A stretch of 64,000 nt of DNA from Tricharina praecox. Taxonomy: Eukaryota. The translations under genes and the position numbers were made by a program. The notes under the pieces were generated by a model. That model was given only the letters and a program-made list of their open reading frames with translations. It was not told the origin of the DNA and did not search any database. Shown here one piece after another: positions 37,105 through 50,086 of the stretch (position 1 is its first letter; each line of letters opens with the position of its first letter). The stretch spans positions 186,001 through 250,000 of the forward strand of contig NW_026250404.1 of NCBI RefSeq assembly GCF_024521635.1. The letters are read 5' to 3'.

Positions 37105-39045
37105 TCGGGGCTAGATGCGAGCAATTGACCGCCAGGAACCCGAATCGCGAGTGATAGGTTGTGATAGCACAATTTCGCATGTTTGTTTTGGGAAGGCTAG
37201 CCGTCAGTTCGACCCCAAAAACGGTGTCCTAACTATGCCCTACCTCCCGCCTTACAACACCTTCTGCAAGCTTGCACAAACGGAAAATCCGCTAGCGCAC
37301 AGCGGGTCCTTTATAACCCACGGTCTCCGCCCGTCCTCTCTCCCTCTCTTCTCTTCCATTCATCTTCCATCATCCTCAAGTATCAATATTTCAGTCAATT
37401 TTACTCACCATTATCGCGCCACACCCGGTCGCGACCCGCACAGCCTTCGGTGGCCTCCTGCCCCCTACCCCGTCGACTATTCCTCACAGAACCGCAAGCA
37501 AATGCAGCGTACGGGAACGATATTAACGTATCGTTCCCGTCCCGTTTCGCTTTCGACAGCATACATGCCGAGCATGCGCTCGGCATTTACCTGCCTGCCT
37601 TTCTCGGCGGCTGCTTCGCGCGAACGACCAGTCTATTGACAACGACGAACCGTCTTGGCATTCGCGACTATGCCACCCCCCGCGGTGGCTACTGCTGCAG
37701 CCATGCAGCGCCGCTGACAGCGCGGGGTGCACCAAGGCAATGGACCCGGGCGGGGAGAGCAGCAGTTCTCTCACCACCCCTCCGGGGGGTGTCCTCCTCT
37801 TCACGACCAAGCACCAGGCAGAAGAATAGCCCGGTATCTACCATGCTTCCGGGGGCGGGGTTTGATACCCGAGCAGGTTAAGAAGATTATGATGGGAGGA
37901 CAAACTGAGTGATGCGAAGCAGATGCTCAAGGTGAGATGGCTGCCTGCCAAAAGGGAGATACTGAACGGGCGTAACTAACATATCGTGGCTTTCGTCAGA
38001 GTTACATCTCCGCGATGTCTACTACCGCCGTCACACTATCTAACTTGCTCGTACGGCATGCCTGCAACACTGGTGGCCACGATCCTATTCCCTTTCCACC
38101 TCTATGTGGTTTTGGTGCTGTGAGGATCGCCCTGGAGTCGGACCTGGGGAAGGAAGGGCAGGAAAACGAATGAGAAGGAGGACGAGATGAGTTTGCAGAG
38201 ATGGAAGGGGAGGTGGTAAAGGTGGATGAAGAGGTGGTAGAGGTGGATGAGGAGGTGGTAGAGGTGGATGAGGATGGTGGAGTGGGCCAGCAGGGCAATA
38301 GGGAGTGCCGCATAGTTGCACTCGCGGACGGATTGGGGCTGGTGGTATTGTCGTTCGCTGCTGAACAGGCTAATAGATGCGAAATAAAATTGATGACCCC
38401 CCCGGGGGTTGTTAGTCATAAACAATCACTCTGGTTGTGAGTAGGAGTGTGTGTGGAGTTTAGTGCGAATGGTGAGCCGTTATGGCTAGGTTGGAGAGCG
38501 TGTGTGTTAGTTGGGGTCGCTGAGGAATAATATGAAGGGAGCTTTTCTTCCTTACTTTCGATTCCTCACGCAACGTCTGTGTTCCTAAATTCAGAGTTTG
38601 TTCCTCGTCCTCAGTCTTGACCCTCCCGCCTCGTTCCGTCACACATGTACAACTTGCATTGGCGCTACTCTCCATTGAAGAGCAATAGTGACAGTATTAT
38701 CAATACAGTGCAGTTGGCCGGCAGTTTCCCCTCTCTGTACGAATCAACAAACATTTGGGTCGCAGTCACCACATATCTCACTCTCCCTGCAATGACTGCG
38801 GAGCCGGAACGTGTGTTCAGCGCCACAAAGATCATTATCTCTGATCGTCGTTGCCGTATGAAAGCTAGCAGAGGGATAGGCTGCATGATCGCAGCTACCA
38901 AGTCGGAGGATGGCGAAAAGGCACACAGTTGCTGAGGCTCTGCCAGTCATCGACTAAGTACCTACCTTCTCGAGGCCTTCAGATTACAGTCTGAGTGACA
39001 GAACAACCGCGTATGTTGCTGCTGTTCTACTTCATCCTCGGACTT
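37105..39045 (+). repeat. Diverged tandem duplication, unit 1
   Basis: Ordered homologous blocks shared with 39155-40495: GAGCAAT(T/C)GACCGCCAG, CCGCTAGCGCACAGC plus TATAA plus CT-rich tract, GCCTGCCAAAAGGG(A/C)GATACTGAA, a hAT fragment, GACAGAACA...CTGCTGTTCTA. Confidence 0.8.
38765..38905 (+). mobile_element. hAT transposase C-terminal dimerisation-domain remnant
   Basis: Translates as YLTLPAMTAEPERVFSATKIIISDRRCRM, matching the L.IPA.S...ER.FS...ls.rR.rL consensus. Confidence 0.85.
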
Positions 39046-39154
39046 CGAGCATAAGCTAGAGCTGATAGTTCGGAATAGTGGCGATAATAAATTCTGTGGT
39101 TGAGCCACACGCAGCCATGGATCTAATCACAGATAATAACTTGCAGAGAGGGGG

Positions 39155-40495
39155 TGGGGGGACTAGATGTGAGCAATCGACCGCCAGAAACCCGAATATC
39201 GAGTGATGCGAAGTGATTGCTTGCGGATGCTAGCCGTGAGTTCGACCCCACCAACTGTGTCGTGACTTCCGCCACCACCCACAAGCTTCCACAGATATTC
39301 CGCTAGCGCACAGCACTTCCGTATAAAACCCGCGGGCTCGCTCTGTTCTCTCTCTCTCTCTCTCTCTCTTCTTCCTTCCATCCTTCTTCCACAATATCAA
39401 CATCGACATTTTCGCACCCACCTCCCGGCTTCATCCATTCACAGCATCCACCCCCTCCCCCCCACCACCGCCGTTGAGCCGCCTTGCTCGATTCCTTTGC
39501 GTAGACATGGACGCCAGCAACCACCCTCCTCGTCCGTCACCAGAAAGTACACAGCGCAGTGGCTACTACTACAACCATGACGCGCCGCCGCCAGCGGCGT
39601 GGAAAATGGAAATCGAAAACGGACTGTCACCGTCGGCTTGCGGAGTCCAGAGTCCATGGGGGTGTTCCTGTGCAACGATCGATATCGGTGCAATCAATTC
39701 CCGCTTACTTTGGGCCATTTTTGTCACGGCCCAGGTCAGGGGTTGACAGTGGACACCGAGGAAGAAGAAGATGATGGAGGATGATCAACTGCATAAGGAG
39801 AAGCGAACATTCGAGGTGAGATTGCAGCCTGCCAAAAGGGCGATACTGAATGGGCTTGCGAGCTGCGAACAATGACCAACGTATCGTGACCTCGTCAGCG
39901 TTATATTCCCGCGATATGCACAGCAGCTACCATACTCGTACGACACTCCTCCACATCATAGCCCTCGAGGGCATGTTGTTTCCAACACTCACCATGTGTT
40001 TTTGGATCCAGACTTTTGCAGTCATCTGGCACCTAGTGTGCCAGAATAAATGGAGAACAGTGTTCTCCATAGTCCGGACTGCGGTCCGGACGGGTCAGCC
40101 CCCTTCCGACGGCCGTCTGGGCGGCCGTCCGCGTCACGTGCCGATTCAGGCCATGAGCGAAGAGCTCGAACGTGTGTTCAGTGCTGCAAAGATCACCTTG
40201 TCAGGCCTGTGACGTAGGTATCGCTTCGACGGCAGCGCCATCGAGGCGCTGGAGTGTCCCAAGAGCTGGCAACTAGATGGATTGATTGCGACTAGCAGGG
40301 AGGATATCAATGTGATTGAGGACATGCACAACGTGCATTGTCGTTGCTCCCCATTGGGGAGCAACAGCCACGGAATGTTGCTATGACGGGGATGCTGAAG
40401 ATTGGGTGGGAGTCGTTGGATAAATACTACAGTTCTGAGCCTCAGCGACAGAACACCTGCGTACCTCGACTGCTGTTCTAGTTCATCGTCGTCAC
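39155..40495 (+). repeat. Diverged tandem duplication, unit 2
   Basis: Same ordered blocks as 37105-39045. Confidence 0.8.
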
Positions 40496-40918
40496 AAGTG
40501 GGCGTACTTCACCAGCAAATGGAAGGCACAGTGGATCATACTGCCAAAGCCGCAGCTATGTACTAAGAAGCAGGAGGATGTTCAAACAATTGAGTAGATG
40601 TTGGCTGCCCTTTGTGAGGAGGATCTGGTCTAGAATAGTCGAAAGTAAAGAGTTCAACGCTTCTAGTACGCATTCTAGGCGGCCCACTGAACTTATGAAA
40701 AATTAAAAGTATGATAGAAACACTTAATTATTGTTCTTCTTGTTCCCGCAGTAGGTCCTCTGTGTACATGTATCCAGATGATAGCTGACGGCTCGCCATT
40801 CGGCGCCCGATCCCTATCACAGCGCTCCGGACACCAAATCTGACTCGGGCGCCTAAGGTCTTCCGGCACCCAAGGTGTCCTCCGTAGCTACCGGACGTCT
40901 GGATCTAACAGAACACTG
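40058..40918 (+). mobile_element. Degenerate hAT element carrying a dimerisation-domain remnant
   Basis: Left end CAGTGTTCTCCATAGTCCGGACT, as in the 7353 MITE family. 40135-40330 reads IQAMSEELERVFSAAKITLS...RRYRFDGSAIEALECPKSWQLDGLI with a stop. Candidate right end GAACACTG at 40911-40918; no TSD match. Confidence 0.7.
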
Positions 40919-41639
40919 AAGTCCGAGACTGAAACTGGATGGTCGACTGGGCCGTTGGTCGGAGGAGTCGAGTGACAGGTATTAGGTTGTGGATGTTCTG
41001 AGCTTTGAAGCCTAATCTCCAAGTCTAACCTTCTTTCTTCAATTTTTCTCTTGGATAGACAGTATATTCTACATACTACCTACCTCCTACTGTACTGCAT
41101 AGTGATTCGGGGGGTAAATAGGCGATAGTGATAGAGTCTTGTAAGGGCGCGCATATTATCACCAAAAAACAGCAGTGACGCCGCGTCTATATACACTTCA
41201 GCGTGTGCGCTAACATTGAATTGGGTCCAATATTGCACTAACGTCCTTGTAGATCACTACTAGACAAGGAAAGCGAGCGTGAGCGACGACGAGCACGCCC
41301 CGATGGGAAAGCACATTACCGACGCAGCGGACGAGCGAGTGTGGCCCCATCCCGCTGCAGATCACCAGTAACCGTGACACCCCTCCCCCATACATTCGCA
41401 AGCGAGTGATGCGCAATGACGATCCAGCTCGCTTCAATGTCAGCGGCACCGTATCATCCTGTCAATCCCATCGCTTGACTCGTCAGTGCGCGTCGGCCCT
41501 GCCATTCTATGATATTTCTTCCCGCTGCCCATCTGTTCTCCATCTGTTCTCCGTCGTTACTGTTACAAGAGACGGGAAAAAAGCAAAAAAACCCACAAAA
41601 GAAAGAAAAGAAAAGAAAAAAAGAAAAACTGCGTGACTT

Positions 41640-42564
41640 ATGTACTTAGCACAAGCTTACCCGGCGGACGTCCCGTTCCCCGCTTTCTCCGAACGCCATT
41701 ACGGGGCTGGTCGAAAAAACCGAGGTTCGCGGGCGATGTCCAAAAGGGGTCAGCTTCGCAAGATGGAGGAGATCGGGCCAAGGGACAACATCGAGAGCGT
41801 GTGGCGACAGCTGAAGATCTCCGATACCGGCCACTATGGTGACGTGCTCCGCCCAGCAGCTTTGCCCGTTTGTTTCCCGCCGACTGATTTGAACGCATCA
41901 CCGCCCGCAGTCGCCTTCATCCGCGAGTCACGGCAGTACAGGAACGTTTCCGCCGACCCGCCGCCGTTCCACTGGGCGCTCGACCGCGCCGCCGACTTCG
42001 AGCGCAGCATAGTCGACCAGATCAAGAAGGACACCGGCGCCGACGTCGCGTTCGTGCCCGCCGGCTGGTTCTACACCAGGCTCGCCGCTGCCCTCCCGCC
42101 CGCCGCGTACAACAAGGATCTGAAGCGGAATGACGATATATGGAAGCACGCTGGCATCTCGATCGACGACCGCAGGGCTATCAACAAATGTCGGTTTGGG
42201 ATCGCCGAGACACTTCCCTGTCCGAAAAGTTAAAAAAATCGTCGGTGCTGATCCGAGGTACTTACCCCTAGGTGTCAGAGAGAAAATCGTTGAGCCCAAC
42301 GAACCGCTCCACCTTCACGCCTTCAATGAGATCGCCGAAGAACTGCTGAAGGCATGCCAAGAACTGGAATACCACCTGAACCTGCAGGAGATTGGGTTCG
42401 AGGGATGGTGGTTTCACGAATGGCTGATAAAGACGGGCCGCAGGGTCTTTCGGGCGGTCCTGCGGGGGAAGAAGAAGGATGATGGGTTAGATAGAAAGGA
42501 CGAGGGGTCGGGTAGAAAGGATAGTGGCTTAGATAGACTGAGAATAGACAATTTAATTGGGTAG
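41640..42564 (+). CDS. Hypothetical protein, 2 exons
   Basis: Two overlapping ORFs with host-like codon usage join in frame via intron 42190-42271 (GTCGGT...GCTGAT...TAG), giving RAINK-CVREKIVE...GWWFHEWLIK. The start may be the ATG at 41736. Confidence 0.65.
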
Positions 42565-44129
42565 GAAAGGAAAGCAATGGTGCGCCCCGCCATGAAACCC
42601 GGACCTTAGCGGATCTGGATTCCGAGTATGTATCTAGAGCCGGTTCGCGGATGACGACGAAGTTGTCACAGAAGATCACTCGGGTACGCACCTCTCCGTC
42701 AAGGTTGAGATGTTAGTGGAGCGGGCGACATGCAATCCCATGCACTTTACGTTGCGCCGTGAACTAACTACGCGGCGGCGGGGGAGGGGGGGGGGGCATG
42801 AAATTTGCCGGTCGAGTCCCACCTACCAAGATCTCACTCACTATGCCACCTGCAAGCTCTGCGAACGTCAAACGCACGATACCCAAGCTCAGCGTAGTTC
42901 AGTGGGACTGCATGCGGAATAGGAATCCATGACCCCCCCCCCCCCCCTCTACGACACAAGAGCAGGGGACGATTCTACACCATGGAGGACGGCGAATCCA
43001 GTTATTGGCGAGTTTACTATGATGATTCTCCGGATCAAAGTTCTACGTACGTTGCTCCGTTGAAAGAGAGAGATATATTTAGTTTACGTTGCTCCGTTGA
43101 GCGTATAATAGCAGCAGCAATGTCAATGTCTATGAGTGATACTACGTGCAGTTTATCCTTGGAAGTTGCAAGTCTTGCTGTTCCTAACCCGATAGCGGGG
43201 GTGTAGACCACTCGGGGGCATTGTTACTCCCGAAATTACATCAAGTTGCTCCTGGAGGCTTTTCAAGTCATCTAAAGGACTCGACTTCATACGTTTCCCC
43301 CAGTTTTTCGTGTCGATTCAGATCATCGTGTTGTTTCTCATGGTTGATCCGGGATTGGCTCGTATGGAACAAAATTCTGCGTGACCGCGGTAGGGATGTG
43401 GTTATGTCTGTCCGAAATCTCGATATCCGGTGAGGAGCGGGAGTTGTTGTGGGACCTCATTGGGCTCGACAGTTAATTGGGGCCTTCTCGGAAACGGTCT
43501 TGAAGGTGTATCCTCGCATTGTCTCCGGCATGCGGTGCCACAAGTCTCTGGTCGGCAGCAAGACAAGAGTCCACCATGTTGCCGAAGGAGTGAAAATGCG
43601 CTTCGCAGTCGAGAAGAGGTTTCACAAGGCTCGCCGTGCGCAACCCAAGCCTTGTGGGAAAGTATGGGAAAAGAAGCACATCAGCTCGAGGTCCTCTGAA
43701 TACAAAGTTCTGCGGCTTTATTAGGAAGGTGGAGGAGACACACCCTCCGGTCCCGTATGAGTTCACGGCCGTGCCTCGCGGAAAGCTTTTCTCGCCAATC
43801 GCCAGAGTGGAGGTGTTCGGCCAGTCAGAGTGAAGGTGTTCGGCCAGCTCGAGCGATTCTTTAAGCGAGTGAGGAATAGTCATGTGACAGCCATATCCAG
43901 AGTAGTAATGTATCCAGTCAGAATTGCACTCACCTTGTCGTCGATCCTTCTCGCCAGTGGCTCGGGCCGAGCCGGAGGCAGGGCCGCAGGGGCGGATTGC
44001 TAATCCTATCCACTACACACATACATGAGTACACATGATCAGCCGTTCGAACTGGAGCGCACGTAGCCGGTCCGCGAGCCACGGCCACAGCCCCAGCCAC
44101 GGCGCGGTGTGTATTGAGGGGCGTGGAGG

Positions 44130-44450
44130 ACGAGGTGGCTTGGCAGCATCGGTGTGCACCGGAGAGAGGACTCCGAAGGAGACCTTGTTGAACCTTATTG
44201 AGACCTTGTATTCAGGAGGAGAGACGTCCTTGCTGGGACCCGGTGGGATCTATGTGCTACGGAGGTGGGACCCGACGCAGACCGAATGCAGTCGTTGAAC
44301 GTTGAATTGTTTCTATTATCACTATTCTGTTCTTCCTGTTCGTCTCGCTTTCTTGTTATCATCATCAGCATCATCATCGTCAGCGTCATTGAGGAGCTTC
44401 TCAATCGATCCTGTTTTGGTCTCACACCCGTTTTGGGGTCTCTCAGTATG
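44130..44450 (-). repeat. Dispersed repeat, copy B (homologue of 17880-18170)
   Basis: The reverse complement matches 17880-18170 in several blocks, with an internal insertion. Confidence 0.85.
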
Positions 44451-45963
44451 TACTCCCCAGCTCAACGGCGAAAATCTCCACAGCTGAAGTCCACATATGT
44501 AAATATAACCTGTCGCGAATTACCGCATCGTTCCCGACGATTTGTGTGCCTGCAGCGATCGACCCACCCTTGCCGTATCCGGGATAGCCCTGGCCACTCC
44601 GCGTATGTGGCTATATATGGGACGGTACTCGCCGTCGGCATTCCAGACTTCGAGCTCAACCCCCTCTTCCCGCTGATTCGAGCGTCGATTCCGTTCGGCG
44701 AGCTGGCGGCGACGCCTCAATTGCCCATGCCCGTTACTATTATAGTGCGGGTGGTGTGGTGGAACTAGGAAGTGGAGCATCGCAGTTCATCTGCTGTCCG
44801 TGGGACTAACTCTCGGCAGGACGAATCCCCAATCCCCAATCCCCAGTTGCTGGGTGCTTCACTGCCACCTATGGAGTAGGTCTTACATCCTCAAGCCTTC
44901 TCGAAGTTCTCGTCGTTACTAATTATACATAATCGTCACTAACTATACATAATCGTGTTACTGTTGTCTCAGCTCTCTCCCCACAAGATTGTCTCTATTG
45001 TTGTTCTGTCAGGTAGGTAGCACTCGAGTTCGTTCGTTTGTTATCTCTCCAGTACCGGTACGACCTCGCGAGCTCCCTCCATGAAAACACAACGTCGATC
45101 TCCGCTTCCGTTTCATGTTCCACGGGTCCGCGGACCCGGCAATACAATCCCAACCGAACACTGTGCTCCATCGCCTCCTCGTTACATACGCTACATATAG
45201 CAACTTGACAAGATTGCCTACTGTGGTACGTACCTAAGCGTAGGAGATCACGATGGCCCCCGCTTTACCGACACGCCCAAGGAACCGGTAGCCGGGGATT
45301 ATTGAGGTGCAGGCTCAGCTCCTGTCAAAATACTTCCTACGGTGGTAATCATCCGCGAACCGGAAACACCATTTCACATCACACCAGCACACCATCACGG
45401 ATAACTAACTCCTGAGTCGAGTTTTGACATCACCGCTCCGAGAATCATAAACTGACGGACGTCAGATCGATGGAACAGTGGAAGCTCTAGCCGAGATAAA
45501 CTACGTTCTTTGGTAGATATGGATGCAGACGATTTTTCCCTCTCTCCGTTCTAGATCCTTCCGTACTGAGCGCAGCGGTTGAACCTGGTGTGCTCATGTT
45601 TTCTTTTTCTTCTCGTGATACCCACATACCCACATATGTAGAGTAAGTACCTACCAATCGAAACACACACATACCTACCTTGTAACCCTCACATACCCAC
45701 ACGCACCCACATACGGTACCACAACCATTAACGATACCCCCACAAGTCCGCCGGCGCGATTGATCCCCGCCTCAAAACTGGAGCGTACATATAAGCGACT
45801 TGGCCGCAAGCCCGCAGTACCTACATACCACAACCCACTGGGAGCAGGCTCGCCGATCCTCCAATAACACTGTACATACACACAAGTGGTTTCGAATCCC
45901 CCGGCGGAGATGCGTCCGACCGGTGACTCTACCCTCCCCACTTTCATTGCGGCCGTCGTGGGG

Positions 45964-46156
45964 TTGGAGGGTTGGAGAGTTGGAGGGTTGGAGAGTTGGA
46001 GGGTTGGAGAGTTGGAGGGTTGGAGAGTTGGAGGGTTGGAGAGTTGGAGGGTTGGAGAGTTGGAGGGTTGGAGAGTTGGAGGGTTGGAGAGTTGGAGGGT
46101 TGGAGAGTTGGAGGGTTGGAGAGTTGGAGGGTTGGGAGTTGGAGGGTTGGAGGTTG
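45964..46156 (+). repeat. Minisatellite (TTGGAGGGTTGGAGAG)x10 plus 2 degenerate units
   Basis: Ten perfect 16-bp units at 45964-46123. Confidence 0.97.
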
Positions 46157-47873
46157 ATCGCCGGGGAGTCGGGGCTTCATCTGCTACCGAGCACCTACCC
46201 GTGCATAGTTACAGAGGCAGCACACGACTACTCCACGCAGGCCTCGATTCGCGATGACACTTGTGGAACACATTAGCCGTAGGCTCGCAGAGCGCGACTA
46301 GTTGTCTAATATATATCTGCTAGTCAGCAGCGTGCAGGAGGAGCGGCAATGGCAAACCGGGGGGCGCGCACCCAGCAGAAGGTTAGCTACGCTAGTCAAC
46401 TCCATCCAACGCCACCGAATCTCACCTGGTGCAATTATGTAGGACGCACTGATGTACTGACGTACTGACGTAGCGAGGCATAGCTGTAGGCTGCCTCGTG
46501 GACGATGGGCCTGTGGATGACTCGCCGGAGCGAAAGCGGCTTCGAAGGCCTGGCTTCGCGACCTACCTATGCATCATACATACCGTGGGAGCCTGTCTGT
46601 CTACACATCTACATGCCTAGATGCTCTACTTCAGTATCTCGGCCACTGTACGGCAGTACATCAACTGAAATGGTAGTATCGCACTCACGCCAACGACCAA
46701 CCGCCAGGTGGATCTATCCAATCCAAGCCCGCCATTCCAGAACCTCTATATAGTAGAGTAGATACTAGTATTAGAGCACCAGTACCAGCACCAGCATCCC
46801 TATCCCCATCTCCACTCCCATCACCAGCAACCCCATTGCGCGCGCACTGATGAAGCACATACATATAAGGTACGCGTCAAACGAACGCGGACTGCGGGCA
46901 TATCCCGATTCGGTCAAGCGAGAATCGCGCCTACGCACCGCACCGCGGGGGACAATGTGCCGCACGTTGTGTGTCGTACGTATGGGGCCGTCGGCCTTGG
47001 GGGGAAGGGAGGGATAGGGGGGGGAATGGTTTTGGGGGAAAGTAGGAGATGGGGGGAATGGTTTTGGGAGGAAGTAGGGGATGGGGAATGGGGGATGGGG
47101 GGAATTGGGGGGATTCATGGGTGCTGACAGCTACTCAGGTGGAGTCAGCACGCTGCCGCTGCGCCAGGATCATGTAGTTAGGCCAGCTGGATGTTTATCT
47201 ACTCTATTACTTTCATGTGTGTGTGCGGCCAACGTGATTCGTGGGAGGAGGAGTGGGGGGAGAGGGTTCTTGCGCTCTCAAGCACCTCGGGCCTGACCGC
47301 ACAGACGAAACTCACCGTCTTTGTTTGCCGTGCAATACTCACCGGCCGCCCGCCGCCGCCACAGCGCAGTCGCACCCGGGTTGGCACCAATAGTAGCAGC
47401 GAGATTCTCTGGGCAGCTTTGTGTTACGCGGACTGTGAGCTCAATCCCGGCCTGTCCTATGACATGCACCCAGGCTGGGGAAAGGTGACTCGATCAACTG
47501 CGCTTATACTACCGGGGGTGGTTGAATCGGAAAACTACGAGTGATCGCTTGTGACGGTGGACATGACAACGTTGGCACTGGTGGATTTCCCAGGTTCGTA
47601 TGTAGCAAGTGGATGTGGAGTAGTCACGTCTTTCAGGGACTGCTTCCATGATACCCAGTGTATTCCCGGACTTTGCTCTATCCGAATGCATCCAAGCACC
47701 TGCGGCCTTCGCCATTCCCAGTATCCTGTCGAGTCTCCTGCAAATTAAAAGACAATCGGGGTACATTCGCACATGGAAGAGACACACGCCTCGCTGAAGG
47801 AATCCAAAGAGAAAGAAAAAGAAGAAAAAACTAGCTCCGTCGTCGGTAAAGGAATAAATGAAACGAACTAGCC

Positions 47874-50086
47874 TTAATACATATTCTGCGGGACCGTGGG
47901 AAACAGGTCCAAAGGGTATTCGGGTTGTGTTTGAAGCGAATCGCGACTGAGTGTTGAGCCTATTGTAAGCTGGGGCGTGGGCATGGACTGGGGTAGCCAC
48001 TGCAGATCATAGATCAAGTCAGCAGTATGCCGTGTAAATTCACTGATCTGTGATATTTCATGACTGCTATGAATGTTATCTAGATGGCTGTTAGCGTAAG
48101 GTATTATCGAGGGGGTGCGGTGGGAGGTGAAGCATACTCGAGAGGTACATGCTCGGTGATTGCTTGGGTGACCCGAGTTGCGGGGGGTAAACCCAGTGAA
48201 AGCCATCGGGGTGAATGTTTTCCGTTGATGACAGCGGTAATATTTCGTTCGCTACGACGATACGAAGATTAGCGACGGAAGCCAAGATTAAGGCGTAAAG
48301 ATCATCACCATCTTCAATGATATTATCCTGTTCCGCAGTTAATATTCCGTACTCGAGGGATGTGGAGTTGTTGTGGCGCTTGGACCATGGGATTCCCGTG
48401 GATGGAAGTCCTGGGGCTAAGTTAGTTCTTTTCCTTCCGGGATATGTCACCATGGCATGTGTGCGTACCTCCATAAATGTTGGCGTTGTATCGGTCGGAT
48501 CGTTCGGATAGGGTTGATCCACCGGAGGGCAGGCTCCTCTTCAGCCCATCCAGAGTGAAAATGCAATCTCTCATGACTCCACGCTGGTCCCTTCCAAGTG
48601 CGCGGAGAAAATCCATCGTGAACCCATCTGCATCCTCAGACTTTTCCAACTCCGCGTTATACCTCTCTCCAAATGTGGACCCGGAGATGCCTCTTCCGCC
48701 AACACTCATACTCTCCGGAGCGATCCCGTCGAGTTCTACCGTATCGAGTCCGGAAATCTCTGTACGGTGTGATCAGCAACAGCCCATTCGGATCGAGATA
48801 CCGGAAGACCACTCACCATCATGCAATTCCATGGCGTCGTACTTCTTTCCGCGCTTCAGCCGTTGATCCAAGAGAATATCGCCCAGTGCTCTAGCCAGCT
48901 GAGGTTTAGTCATCCGACTGCTTCTCCTGATACACTCCTTCACCTGCTTGTGAAGGTCCTCCACCGCTGGCGGGAGTGCTCGTCCGGGTTGTTTCCCTGT
49001 CTCGCCCAGTGATCTGTGTCTGCAGTTCCCAGCCTCGTGCTCGTCCCGGCAACGATCGTGGAAAAACTTATCGCCGCATCCAAACTGGCAGGGGAGACAC
49101 TTGAGATGGGTGTCGCAGATGTGGGATCTTGAGGTGATACCGGGGGTTAGATCCACACGATGATGATATTGCTTGGGACTGTGGGCTCACTTTAGGCCCA
49201 TCGTGTCTGCGAAATAGTAGTGCCTCCATATTATCGGTCTGGTCTTGAGCGTGGAATGTTTGCGGTCGCGCTGTACCGGTGGAGCATGTTTGCAGATGGG
49301 GCACAAGTAATGCAGTTGCTCGCAGTGGTCACTGTGATATTAGCGATGGCCCAAGCGAGGTAAGGGGGACGTTGCTTACATGGCGTCCTGTTCGGTGTCG
49401 AAGGTCTCCCTGCACTCTTTCGGCACATTGTCGCTTTCTCTAGCCTTGCAAGCGACGGGGCATTTGAACGTCGGGGCGGATAGGCCTGGCTTGGCCCTAT
49501 TGTTGCCACTGCTGCCATCGTTGCTCTTATCCCTGGAGCTTTCTTCCTTCCCTCTGTTATTTCCGGACCTCGAGGATTTGTCGCCGGTATCCGAAGGCTG
49601 TTGACCACCGCCGCCGAGCGAAGCTCTTTCTTTGCCTGCTGTACCACCGGACCCCGACGAATCCCCACCACCTCCACCACCACCACCACTGCAGGCCGTG
49701 AGACAGCCGCTAGGGGTAGGGCTCACCTGACCTTCACCGTTGCGAGCGATTCCGTTCAGGCGCCTCTCTCCAGGTTTCCTACGCAAAATGGGGCGCGAAT
49801 GCGAGGCACCCGATGTCGGCGTCGAGGTGTAGGTCCGCTCGGGATTGGGGACGAGGTCGTACGGTGTGAAGGGGCGGTCTCCATGATAGATCCCTTGCAA
49901 GGGGTCCATGTTCTCTTGGTGGCGTGGCTCTTGATGATGAAGGGAGTAGTATTCTTTGAAGGTGTGGGACGCCGTCGTATAGTATTCGCCGGCGGAGTTC
50001 TCCTTCTGGTCCTCGGGCCGTGGTAACGGTGACTGTAGCAGGGACGATGAAGGTGACGGCCCATCTAGGCTTGAATGAGCGGGCAT
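47874..50086 (-). CDS. Spliced C2H2/C2HC triple zinc-finger protein (paralog 2), 6 exons, about 644 aa
   Basis: Introns 49332-49379, 49128-49190, 48760-48816, 48417-48468 and 48080-48137 are all GT-AG with branch sites and all keep frame. They restore FDTEQDAI|DHCEQLH, CPIC...FADTMGLK|SHICDTH and CQFGC...HEAGNC. Confidence 0.8.

Noticed and set aside
45800..46276. ORFs with WRVGELEG repeats; possible CRISPR-like or telomeric array
   Set aside because: A pure minisatellite with no spacers, not TTAGGG, and internal to the contig.
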